UHGV virus genome: UHGV-1361494
Length of the DNA: 46,377 bases
Strand: one strand, 5' to 3'
Origin: a virus
The first letter of the stretch is position 1; every line of letters starts with the position of its first letter. This document shows positions 1 through 8,769 of this stretch, one piece after another. A program made the position numbers and the translations under genes. The notes under the pieces were generated by a model. The model saw only the letters and a list, made by a program, of their open reading frames with translations, did not search any database and was not told the DNA's origin.

Positions 1-295
1 ATTTTTTTTGGATTTTGATCGAGAATCTTTCGGTTTTTAGGCTTTCGGATTTTTTATTCTTAAAAATCAACAATTAATGATTGTTTCGAAAGTCGTTTTG
101 AAAGTCTTCTCTTCTTTCATGGATGGTTATTGCTGCTTACGTAGAAAATGATACCACACAAAAAAATCCACGCAAGCCGCATGATTAAAGGATTCTTCAT
201 TATGCTGTTTTTTTTCATAAGAAATGCTCTAAAGGTCACATTTACTTTAAGATGATTTTAGGTTAGATTGTTAGCCTAAACCAGTGGAGGTGACT

Positions 296-856
296 ATGAA
301 GAAAGATGCAGTTGTTTTTATGTTGATGCAGGCTACCTATGAAAAAGACATTGGTAACATGAGATCAAGAATACTTTCTGTCGTTGAGATGTTATCAACC
401 ACAAGGACTGATAAAGACTCTGCGGTAAGGGAAAGAATCATCTCTCTTGTCAGAGACTCTGGTGGGATGACAAAGAAAAAATTGATTTCAACAGCGGCTA
501 GTATAGAGAGCGCCAGCAAAACAAAAGTTTCAGAAATGCTAAACCTTATGGTTACTGATGGTTCCATAAAGATTGATAGCAATAGAAAGATAGGCAGCAA
601 CAGAGCAATAGTCTACGTACTTGGTTCGGTTGAGGATAGCTCTAAGCCAGAAATCAAGAAAGACTCAAAGCTCCCGCCTGATGAGCATCTGGCTCGTGCA
701 AGGATGGTTAGGGGTATCATTATTGAAATAATGAAAAACACAACCGATAAAAAAACAATAATCGACGCAGCCATAAAAGAAAGCGGCGCTCCGCATGACG
801 TCGTACTGAAACAGTACATAAACGTCACAGAATACAACCTGACGCAGTTTGACTAA
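296..856 (+). CDS. hypothetical protein, AT-rich moron-like gene, possible winged-helix fold
   Basis: ORF 284..856; the likely start is ATG 296, preceded by SD GGAGG (286-290). The gene and its upstream region are markedly more AT-rich than the rest of the window, with many AGA/AAA/ATA codons. No recognisable catalytic motif. Confidence 0.5.
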   Translation: MKKDAVVFMLMQATYEKDIGNMRSRILSVVEMLSTTRTDKDSAVRERIISLVRDSGGMTKKKLISTAASIESASKTKVSEMLNLMVTDGSIKIDSNRKIGSNRAIVYVLGSVEDSSKPEIKKDSKLPPDEHLARARMVRGIIIEIMKNTTDKKTIIDAAIKESGAPHDVVLKQYINVTEYNLTQFD

Positions 857-858
857 CA

Positions 859-890
859 AAAAAGCCCACTTTCGTGGGCTTCTTCTTTTT
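859..890. terminator. bidirectional rho-independent terminator
   Basis: aaaaagcccacTTTCgtgggcttcttcttttt lies between convergent genes 296..856 (+) and 893..1276 (-). Confidence 0.6.
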
Positions 891-892
891 CA

Positions 893-1276
893 TCAAAATG
901 GACTAACCGCACTATCCCTGCTGCGCCTGGCATCCAGATATCGCTTCAGTTCCTCACGGTCGATGCTAAACACATCGCAGAAGTTTGCCACGGCATTGCC
1001 AGCGAAATGCTCATCGGGAGTCCACTTGCCGCATTTTTTCGCCACATCACGATAGGGCTGTGAAATGAATGCCGTGTTACCCTTGTAGTTTATGCGGCAG
1101 AAAAATACATCATCCTCTATGCTGTGCCCCATATTGCAACGAAACACCGGCACGCTGTGATAGTAGACTTCCATCAGGTTGCGTCCAGTCATCATGTTTA
1201 GCGCTGCTTCTGGCTCGCACTCAGCTTCATACTGGCTGTATGCAAAAATATCGCTTTGCTGAATTACGCGGATCAT
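893..1276 (-). CDS. hypothetical protein, last gene of the primase operon
   Basis: 127-aa ORF lying tightly behind the primase/helicase gene end (1273). Codon usage matches its neighbours. No recognised motif. Confidence 0.45.
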   Translation of the reverse strand: MIRVIQQSDIFAYSQYEAECEPEAALNMMTGRNLMEVYYHSVPVFRCNMGHSIEDDVFFCRINYKGNTAFISQPYRDVAKKCGKWTPDEHFAGNAVANFCDVFSIDREELKRYLDARRSRDSAVSPF

Positions 1277-3606
1277 ATGCTTACCTCATCATTAACTAAT
1301 TTATAGATGATGGCCCGGTTGCTTGTGCGCTTGGCCTCTTTATCCTCAATAACCTCACCGTCTTCAATGAGCTTGTCCAGCATGCGCTCAGAGTCAGCTC
1401 GTTTATAGTTTCCGTCCTTAGCCACGCCAATGATGATCGCTTTGCGGGCCATTCCACGCTTGACGTACTCACGGACAAGCGATTCAAGCCCTTCTACGCG
1501 CCTGTCGTTGCTCTTGGAGTTAGCCCCTGACAAACTATCAGCCCGCATCATTAAATCGCTTGTTGATTTGATGGTGAGCGCAACGGCGTACCGTAGATGC
1601 TCCATTGTAATAACGCCAGTATCGCAGGCAAGAATCCCGGCTATCTTCGCCACCTTTACAGCGCATCGGTTAATCAACGGTTGATAACCCGTGCCATTTT
1701 CTACGTGCTGACGGGCAATCATCTTGAGCCATGAAAAAAACTCTTTTGCCATCGCTGAAACCTCTGGCGTTGCCTTTATTGCTCGCCTTTCTTTGCTGCT
1801 TATGATTGATTCAGTCCAGTTTTTGTAACCAGCAGTAGTGCCATTTATTATTGTTTTTATAGTCATTTGCAGGGGCATTGGCAGGTCGCAGTATTCCACG
1901 TCTTCGTTTTCGTCTGCGATTTCCTGAAGCTCCTGCATAATCATGGCGCGACCCATGAGACCTGATTTGATGTTCTCTTCGGTAATGAGTTTTTTGAACT
2001 GGTCATCCGTAGATACACCAAACATGGAAAAGAAAGGATTTCGTATCGCACCATCTATACGACGAATCACATCTTCAAACTGACGCTTAATATCGACAGG
2101 ATCTGCTTGCAACTCGTTTTCTTCGATCATCATCATGAGAGTGCCAAGCCTTTTTTCAAACTGCTTGACGTATTCATCAGTGATGCGCTGGTCACAGTAC
2201 AGTATTTCTGCTGTGTATGACTCCATTAGTGCGCCAGCCGTGGCCATGTTGTACTCGCTGACCTTTTGTCCAACCACACTGCCTAGTTTGATGCCAATCT
2301 CATCCATAATGAGGTTAAACATCTGATTAGCTGCCAGCCCCTCATATATGGCTCTTTCAGAACGGATTTTACCGGCCACTGTCTTGCTGAGTCCTGAGCA
2401 GTCGATAATTTTTTGCAGGGCCGCAAGCACGTCACCCTTTCCTGAGCCAGACCCGGCGATGCCAATAGAAAAAAGATTTGGTACAGCCTTACGATTGGTA
2501 AGGTAAATATCTGAAGAGGCGCCGCAGATGATTGATGCCGCATGGATGGCTGCCAGAGCTGCAAGATATTCTCTTTTCTCAGCGCAGTTTCTGTTAATCC
2601 ACTCCGTCAACTTTCCCACGAACCCTGGCGGAAATCGCACATCAACAGATTTGTAATCGACGGGGCATTCTCCAACACCCATCGCCATTTTTTTCTCAAA
2701 CTTCTCAAGCAATGCAATTTCTTCTGGAGATGCCTGAAATGATACCGCACGAACCCATCCACCCTCTTCAGCCAGATGAACAAGAGTAGCGGCAGTGACA
2801 CGGTCTCCGCTTCCCTTACCGTATGAATGCCAGTGGTAATCCATGTCAGATGGGTCATACTTTGAGAAGCGTGATGACCATGAGTCCCACAGCTCAAATC
2901 CGTTACCATCTGTTGCCTCATGAATTGCCATGCCAACTCGAATCCAGTCATCATAATCTTCACCACAGTTAATGTGGTTCAGCATGTCCTGAAGTTCCTG
3001 CATGGAAAACGATTCGGCACCGAGTGAAAATTCCTCGCGCTCTGCTCGCTGCAATAGCCCAACAAGTGACGACGGAGGCTCTGTTATGGATGACGGAGAG
3101 CCATGCTCAGCTTCATAAAAGTTGCCTGATTTGTGGAATGAGCCACATCCTATAACGAAACCTGATGACTTGAAGTCAATTCCTTTGAATCTCTTGTCGT
3201 GAGAATTGAGCTTCACTCCATTTGGCAATTTATAATAAATATGCTTTCCGCCACCACCAGTGTTCACCACAAATCCTGATTCATCGGCAAGCTCCATATC
3301 AAGCGCCTCGCAAAGCGCCTCATACCCTTCATTGCCACCATTTCGCGGGTCAACATCCACGACAAGATAGCCATCGACCAGCACACCGAAGCTGTTTAGC
3401 TGGCCAAACTCGCGCATGTTTTCGAGTTGGTCATCTTCCCATATGATTCCACATTGCCAGTTTGACATTATGGGGTGCTTGCCTGCTGCGTCGCATTCAG
3501 GACGCTCGCAGGTGCATTTTCTGTCATGATCCATCGGGTAGATTCCTATAACAGGGAATCCGGCGGCGTGATAATCCTTGTATCCTGTCATTATTTCGCT
3601 CTCCAT
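1273..3606 (-). CDS. DNA primase/helicase: N-terminal bifunctional primase-polymerase (PrimPol-like) domain fused to a P-loop (D5/P4-type SF3) helicase domain
   Basis: 777 aa. N-terminal region VLVDGYLVVDVDPRNGG carries the acidic DxD signature of PrimPol-type primases. The central/C-terminal region has a P-loop (GIAGSGSGKGD) and later acidic Walker-B-like stretches. The gene is preceded by a Cro-like HTH gene, as in P4-like replication modules. Confidence 0.8.
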   Translation of the reverse strand: MESEIMTGYKDYHAAGFPVIGIYPMDHDRKCTCERPECDAAGKHPIMSNWQCGIIWEDDQLENMREFGQLNSFGVLVDGYLVVDVDPRNGGNEGYEALCEALDMELADESGFVVNTGGGGKHIYYKLPNGVKLNSHDKRFKGIDFKSSGFVIGCGSFHKSGNFYEAEHGSPSSITEPPSSLVGLLQRAEREEFSLGAESFSMQELQDMLNHINCGEDYDDWIRVGMAIHEATDGNGFELWDSWSSRFSKYDPSDMDYHWHSYGKGSGDRVTAATLVHLAEEGGWVRAVSFQASPEEIALLEKFEKKMAMGVGECPVDYKSVDVRFPPGFVGKLTEWINRNCAEKREYLAALAAIHAASIICGASSDIYLTNRKAVPNLFSIGIAGSGSGKGDVLAALQKIIDCSGLSKTVAGKIRSERAIYEGLAANQMFNLIMDEIGIKLGSVVGQKVSEYNMATAGALMESYTAEILYCDQRITDEYVKQFEKRLGTLMMMIEENELQADPVDIKRQFEDVIRRIDGAIRNPFFSMFGVSTDDQFKKLITEENIKSGLMGRAMIMQELQEIADENEDVEYCDLPMPLQMTIKTIINGTTAGYKNWTESIISSKERRAIKATPEVSAMAKEFFSWLKMIARQHVENGTGYQPLINRCAVKVAKIAGILACDTGVITMEHLRYAVALTIKSTSDLMMRADSLSGANSKSNDRRVEGLESLVREYVKRGMARKAIIIGVAKDGNYKRADSERMLDKLIEDGEVIEDKEAKRTSNRAIIYKLVNDEVSI

Positions 3607-3836
3607 TGAGTAACTGCTGGGCGCAAATCTTCCTTTTTAAAAAGTCCGTTGGTTAGCTTATCTACCTCTATGGCAGCCGTTGCGCTGATGCGCCCACGGG
3701 AAACCCATTCGTTTACTGATTGACGAGAAACGCCAAGGAATCGCGCCAGCGATGCCTGTCCTCCCATATGCTCAATAAGAGCATCAAGAGCCTTCTTTTC
3801 CATTTCTTTGATTTGTTCAGCGATGGTTTTCATCTT
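3591..3836 (-). CDS. Cro/Xre-family helix-turn-helix DNA-binding protein
   Basis: ORF 3591..3929; the probable start is internal Met (MKTIAEQIKEMEKKALDALIEHMGGQASLARFLGVSRQSVNEWVSRGRIS). It shows the classic Q-x-x-x-A-x-x-x-G-V-S-x-x-x-V HTH signature. It is divergent from the plus-strand Sak4 operon. Confidence 0.6.
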   Translation of the reverse strand, partial: KMKTIAEQIKEMEKKALDALIEHMGGQASLARFLGVSRQSVNEWVSRGRISATAAIEVDKLTNGLFKKEDLRPAVTQWRAK

Positions 3837-3964
3837 TCCTCCTTCTAATTTATAGAAGAATGATAAACGCAAAATATTTTTATGTAAAGCTATTGACCTG
3901 ACGAATGTCCTGTCGTATCTTTTACTCACACCAGCAACAACGCTGAGTGATTCGAGAGGACACT

Positions 3965-4807
3965 ATGAGCTTATCAATGATTCAAAAACCAAAACCAGTT
4001 TCACCTATCATTACTCTTGTTGGCACCCCTGGCGTTGGCAAGACTACTCTGGCAGCGCTTTTCCCTAAGCCTGTTTTCATTCAGGCGGAAGAGATTACCG
4101 GTGTATTCGACGACTGGGACGAAGAAAACAAGCCTGACTCATTCCCGGTGCTGAAACGAGCTGATGCAAAGCGCAAGACGAGCACCAAAGAAGACTTGTT
4201 GTCGCAGTTGCGCGCTCTTATCACAGAAGAGCATGACTATAAAACGCTGGTTATCGACTCCATCACCAGCCTACACGCCATGTTTGAGCATGAGGTTTGC
4301 GAAAACTATGGAGTAGATAACGTTGGCGCAGCAGCGGGTGGTTACAACAAGGGCTATCTGGTTGTGGCGGAGATGCATGCTGAAATTATTAACGCCTGCA
4401 AGTATCTTCGTTCCAACAAAGGTATGAGCATCATTTATCTTGCGCATGCTGGCATACGTAAGATGAAGAACCGACCAGATTCTGACGAATACACCGTTTA
4501 TACCCTCAATATGCACGAAGCCAGTATTGATGGTTACGTTGCGCTTAGCGATGCTGTTATCTATATCCGCAATGAGGAGTTTGTGAAGGGTGCTGAGACA
4601 GATAAAAAAGGCCAGGTAACTAAGTTCGGTAAAGTTGTGCAGACAGGGCAGCGTGTACTTGTCACCTCTGGTGATGGACGGGTTGGTTACGTTAATGCGA
4701 AAAATCGCTTCAACCTTGAGCCTGAGATTCAGTTTGATAAAGGAGAAAATCCACTTCTGACAGAGATTAAGTATTATGCGTCTTTACGAGATAACGAAAC
4801 AGCTTAA
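3965..4807 (+). CDS. Sak4-like RecA-fold ATPase (AAA_24 family) single-strand annealing/recombination protein
   Basis: ORF 3947..4807; the likely start is ATG 3965, after SD GAGAGG. Walker A is LVGTPGVGKTTLAA, and Walker B is the hydrophobic stretch + D (TLVIDSITS). The size and its context with Gp157-like and SSB genes are typical of Sak4 modules. Confidence 0.75.
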   Translation: MSLSMIQKPKPVSPIITLVGTPGVGKTTLAALFPKPVFIQAEEITGVFDDWDEENKPDSFPVLKRADAKRKTSTKEDLLSQLRALITEEHDYKTLVIDSITSLHAMFEHEVCENYGVDNVGAAAGGYNKGYLVVAEMHAEIINACKYLRSNKGMSIIYLAHAGIRKMKNRPDSDEYTVYTLNMHEASIDGYVALSDAVIYIRNEEFVKGAETDKKGQVTKFGKVVQTGQRVLVTSGDGRVGYVNAKNRFNLEPEIQFDKGENPLLTEIKYYASLRDNETA

Positions 4808-5255
4808 CGAACTGCTTGCGATGGAAGATATTCCGCGCGAGCAGATTGAAGATACCATTAACCTGATTGAGGAGGAGTTTGAAGGAAAGGCCGAGATGGT
4901 GGCCGCTTATATCAGCGAGCTTGAGGCGGATGAGGCTGGCATGAAGGCTGAGATTGTTCGCCTGTCAGAACGCAAACGTGTGCTGACTGCGAAGATAGAT
5001 AACCTTAAAGATTATCTTCGTCAGAACATGCTGGCATCTGGAAAAACGAATATCAAAGGCAAGCTTTTCAGCATCACGCTTGGCAAACCATCTCCTGTTT
5101 TGGATGTGCTTGTCCCGGTTGAGCAGTTGCCTGAGAAGTATCGCGTTGTAAATTTTTCGGCAGATAATGCAGCCATTAAAGCAGCACTGAAAGCCGGAAC
5201 TGAAATTAAAGGTTGTGCCATCACCGATGGAAAACCAAAGCTGATCATCAAATAA
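4776..5255 (+). CDS. Gp157-like protein (Siphovirus Gp157 family), recombination-module partner of Sak4
   Basis: 159 aa, coiled-coil-rich N-terminus. It overlaps the Sak4 3' end and lies between Sak4 and SSB, as in streptococcal/lactococcal phage Sak4 modules. Confidence 0.5.
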   Translation: MRLYEITKQLNELLAMEDIPREQIEDTINLIEEEFEGKAEMVAAYISELEADEAGMKAEIVRLSERKRVLTAKIDNLKDYLRQNMLASGKTNIKGKLFSITLGKPSPVLDVLVPVEQLPEKYRVVNFSADNAAIKAALKAGTEIKGCAITDGKPKLIIK

Positions 5256-5271
5256 TCGAGAGGACATAAAA

Positions 5272-5808
5272 ATGGGTTTCTGGAATCTTTCTGACGGTAA
5301 AGAAGTTGAGTCAAAGTCTGAATTTGAGACTGGTGGTGGTTTTGAAGTTATTCCTGACGGCACCCGCGTGCTGGCTGCTGTTGAAGAGTGCAAGGACGAT
5401 GAATGGGAAGGTGAGCGCTTCTTTAACCTTAAATGGCGCATCCTGGACGATGATTACAAAAATCGTATCATCTTCCAGAAGCTAAAGGTTTTCAGCCAGA
5501 AGGACAAGCAGCGCGATAACGCTATCAGCATGCTGGCAGCAATTGATGCAAACGCTGGAGGTAAATTGATGGCGTCAGGGAAAGAGCCTACTGATTTTGC
5601 AATCGCAAGTGCGCTGGCTAACCGCCCGATGATCCTCCTGCTTCGCGTCTGGCAGTCTGACGATAAGCAGAAATCAGGTAACTACGTCTCTGGCGTCTTT
5701 GGTCGCCAGCAAACTAAATCCGCTACAGCAGCAAAGCCACAAAAGCAAACGGCAAAGCCACAGGGTGAAGAGCCGCCGATGGATTTCGATGAAGATATTC
5801 CGTTTTGA
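5272..5808 (+). CDS. single-stranded DNA-binding protein (DUF669-like phage SSB core) carrying an E. coli SSB-type acidic C-terminal tail
   Basis: 178 aa. The C-terminus ...QGEEPPMDFDEDIPF* is the canonical SSB-Ct interaction tail, preceded by a Q/K/P-rich linker. Position is immediately after Sak4/Gp157. The gene is followed by a rho-independent terminator (5824-5846). Confidence 0.75.
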   Translation: MGFWNLSDGKEVESKSEFETGGGFEVIPDGTRVLAAVEECKDDEWEGERFFNLKWRILDDDYKNRIIFQKLKVFSQKDKQRDNAISMLAAIDANAGGKLMASGKEPTDFAIASALANRPMILLLRVWQSDDKQKSGNYVSGVFGRQQTKSATAAKPQKQTAKPQGEEPPMDFDEDIPF

Positions 5809-5862
5809 TTTTAATAAGTAACCAAGGGCCATTCGTGGCCCTTTTTCATTCGAGAGGACATT

Positions 5863-8769
5863 ATGAAAGTACAGCTTAGAACATACCAACAAGAAGCTGT
5901 TGATTCTGTTATAGGTCATATTCGTTCAAGCGTTTCATCGTGCATGATCATCTTGCCTACGGGCTGCCACGCGAAAGGGACTGAGGTTCTTATGTTTGAT
6001 GGCAGCATAAAAAAAGTAGAGGATGTTGTTGTCGGTGATAAGCTGATGGGGCCGGACAGCAAGCCGCGCAATGTTTTGTTTCTGTGTCGTGGCAGAGAGT
6101 CAATGAGAAAGATAACGCCAACAAAAGGTGAACCTTTTGTTGTTAACGCAAGTCACGTATTGCACCTCAAGAAGGTTGCGAGCGGAAGCAAATATCCATC
6201 TCAAAAGCATGGTTACATTGATGAGAAAGTATCAGAGTTTGAATCGTCTTCCCAATGGCATAAGCACACGCATAAGTTATGTCGTGCTGGGGTTCAGTTC
6301 CCGGAAGCAAAACAAAATCTGCCCGCGAGATTTATTGGAATGATGTTGGGTGATGGCTCAACCACCAGAGGAACTGTAACTTTTTCAGGTAGCGAAGATG
6401 TTCTTATTGATTATTTTTGCAAGGTGGCTGCAGATTTTGGTTGCTATGCAAACGTAACAATGAAGAAATCAACATCGACCAAACACATTCACGCATCCGA
6501 AGGAAAGCGCGGAGGCAAAAAGAATGGTTTACAAGTAGAGATGGAATCGCTTGGTTTGCTGAACAAAAATTCTTATAGCGTTTTTATTCCTTATTGCTAT
6601 AAGGTTGCATCCAGAGAGCAAAGAATTGAATTGCTTTCTGGCCTTATTGATACGGACGGTTATCTTGGTAACAATTACTATGAGTTAACTACTGTATCAA
6701 AACATCTGGCTAATGATGTTGCTTTTGTGGCTCGTTCTCTTGGGTTGGCTGCGTACGTTAATACCGGAGCAGCTACATTGAATGGTGAGTTCATTTCTGA
6801 TAAATACAGAGTCACGATAAGTGGTGATATTGATATTTTGAAACCAATGATTGGTTATAAAAAGGCATCAGCAAGAAAGCAGAAGAAAGACGTATTGTGC
6901 ACTGGTTTTACGGTTGAAGAATTGCCAGAGGATTATTTCTATGGTTTTACTTTGGATGGTGATCACCTCTATCTAACTAGTGACTTCACGATACACCATA
7001 ATAGCGGTAAAAGCGTTGTTGTTGCATCAATAGCCGATTGGGTTTTTAAAAATACTGGCAAGCGTGTTCTATGTGTTGCCCCAACAAGCGAGTTAGTTGT
7101 ACAAAACAGGCAGCGTTATCTTTCTCTCACCGGAGAACCAGCCAGCATGTTCAGCGCAAAGGCTGGGCCAAAAAACCTGCGGCATCCGGTTGTTTTTGGC
7201 TCACCAGTTACAATCAAGAACTCAATAGAGATGTTTGGTGATAAGTATGGTGCTGTCATTATTGATGAGTGTGATGGAATAACACCAACCATTAAATTTA
7301 TTATTAATGAGATGAAGCGCCGCAATCCAAAGCTGCGTGTTATTGGGATGACCGCTACACCTTATCGCCTTGGAACTGGATACATCTACAAAGAGCACTA
7401 CCTCGACGGTCCTACAGATGAAGAAACAGCCATAGACCCATATTACGACAAAGTCGTTTATGAGCTTGAAGCTAAATTTCTCATCGAAAATGGATATCTT
7501 ACGCCACCAGTTACAGAGCCTGTTTTTGACGAGTATGATACGTCTTGTCTTGAAAAGGATAAGTTGGGTCGGTACACAACAGCTTCAGTTGAAAAGGCGA
7601 TGGTTGGCAAGGGAAGGAAAACATCACGTATTGTTGAAGATATTATCCGTCGCTCTGTTAATCGGCGCGGAACTATGATTTTTGCCAGCACCAAGAAACA
7701 CGCTATGGAGATAATGGAGTCACTTCCTCCCGGGTCTTATAGTTATGTTTTTGGTGATATGCCAACAGCAGATCGCAACAAGGCAATATCAGAGTTCAAG
7801 GAACAAAAAGTTAAATACATCGTTAACCAGAATATCCTTACTGTAGGGGTTGATGTCCCTCATTGTGATCACATAGCAGTAATGAGAGCAACAGAATCAC
7901 CAAGACTGTACCAGCAAATAATTGGCAGGGGCACGCGTCTTTATGAAGGAAAGGAAGACTTTCTTGTCAGTGATTACGCCGGAAATATTCAACGTCACTT
8001 TTCAGAAACTGGAGACTTGTTTACTCCAGAAATAAAAGCAACAAGGAAAAAACCATCCGTGCCAATGGATGTCAAATGCCCTCTTTGTGGCTTTATTAAT
8101 GAATTTGGTGTACGTCCAAATCCTGAAAATCTTGAAGTTGACAAGGAAGGTTACTGGCTTGATTTGGCTGGTGACAGGGTGATGATTGATATTTTTGATA
8201 AAACAGGTGAAAAAATTGGAAGCAAGCCTATGCCTGCTCATTTTGGGAGGAGGTGTAAAAACTACGTTATGCACGGGCCATTAAGGGAAATGCACAGGTG
8301 TACTTATAAGTGGTCGGTGAAAGATTGTCCTGATTGTGGATTTGAGAATGATATAGCGGCAAGAAACTGCACATCATGCGGTGCTGAAATAATTGACCCA
8401 AACCAAAAGCTAAAAGAAGAAGCTGACAGGCTTGATTCTTCTCCTTATGCAACAAAGCAATCAAGCGTAACCATGATGAACATTATGAAGCATTACGTTT
8501 CAAGTGGTGAAGATTTGGTGCACGTAAAATTTGCCATTGACCAGAAGCCATTTTTTGTTAGCAAGTTCTACAATCCAAACTCTGAGAAGGAATGGATGAA
8601 GAAGGAGTGGGAAGAGTTTTGCGGGAAGTGCTTTGGTGAATCTGACATGTCAATTGATGATGCAATAGCAAAAAGAGATGAGGCTGTCGCGCCATCAGTT
8701 ATTATGTTCAGAAGAGACAAGGGGAGTAAATATTTCAACGTTAAAGGCATGTATTGGGGGGTATTATGA
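5863..8769 (+). CDS. SF2 (DEAD/DEAH-box type) DNA helicase precursor interrupted by a LAGLIDADG intein; C-terminal zinc-ribbon repeats
   Basis: 968 aa. Walker A is split: ILPTG|C...HN|SGKSVV. Further motifs are motif II IIDECDG and motif VI QQIIGRGTR. C-terminal CxxC clusters (CPLCGF..., DCPDCGF..., CTSCG). The extein alone would be ~622 aa. Confidence 0.85.
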   Translation: MKVQLRTYQQEAVDSVIGHIRSSVSSCMIILPTGCHAKGTEVLMFDGSIKKVEDVVVGDKLMGPDSKPRNVLFLCRGRESMRKITPTKGEPFVVNASHVLHLKKVASGSKYPSQKHGYIDEKVSEFESSSQWHKHTHKLCRAGVQFPEAKQNLPARFIGMMLGDGSTTRGTVTFSGSEDVLIDYFCKVAADFGCYANVTMKKSTSTKHIHASEGKRGGKKNGLQVEMESLGLLNKNSYSVFIPYCYKVASREQRIELLSGLIDTDGYLGNNYYELTTVSKHLANDVAFVARSLGLAAYVNTGAATLNGEFISDKYRVTISGDIDILKPMIGYKKASARKQKKDVLCTGFTVEELPEDYFYGFTLDGDHLYLTSDFTIHHNSGKSVVVASIADWVFKNTGKRVLCVAPTSELVVQNRQRYLSLTGEPASMFSAKAGPKNLRHPVVFGSPVTIKNSIEMFGDKYGAVIIDECDGITPTIKFIINEMKRRNPKLRVIGMTATPYRLGTGYIYKEHYLDGPTDEETAIDPYYDKVVYELEAKFLIENGYLTPPVTEPVFDEYDTSCLEKDKLGRYTTASVEKAMVGKGRKTSRIVEDIIRRSVNRRGTMIFASTKKHAMEIMESLPPGSYSYVFGDMPTADRNKAISEFKEQKVKYIVNQNILTVGVDVPHCDHIAVMRATESPRLYQQIIGRGTRLYEGKEDFLVSDYAGNIQRHFSETGDLFTPEIKATRKKPSVPMDVKCPLCGFINEFGVRPNPENLEVDKEGYWLDLAGDRVMIDIFDKTGEKIGSKPMPAHFGRRCKNYVMHGPLREMHRCTYKWSVKDCPDCGFENDIAARNCTSCGAEIIDPNQKLKEEADRLDSSPYATKQSSVTMMNIMKHYVSSGEDLVHVKFAIDQKPFFVSKFYNPNSEKEWMKKEWEEFCGKCFGESDMSIDDAIAKRDEAVAPSVIMFRRDKGSKYFNVKGMYWGVL
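5965..7002 (+). mobile_element. intein (346 aa) with LAGLIDADG homing endonuclease domain, inserted in the helicase P-loop
   Basis: It begins with Cys (CHAKGTEVLMFDG...) immediately after ILPTG and ends ...FTIHHN, followed by +1 Ser (SGKS). Two LAGLIDADG motifs are present: FIGMMLGDGS and LLSGLIDTDGYL. Boundaries were computed from the codon frame (C codon at 5965-5967, terminal Asn codon at 7000-7002). Confidence 0.85.

Noticed and set aside
4965-5441. 158-aa minus-strand ORF across the Gp157-like/SSB genes
   Set aside because: It is antisense to two coupled plus-strand genes, Ser/Leu-rich, and has no RBS.
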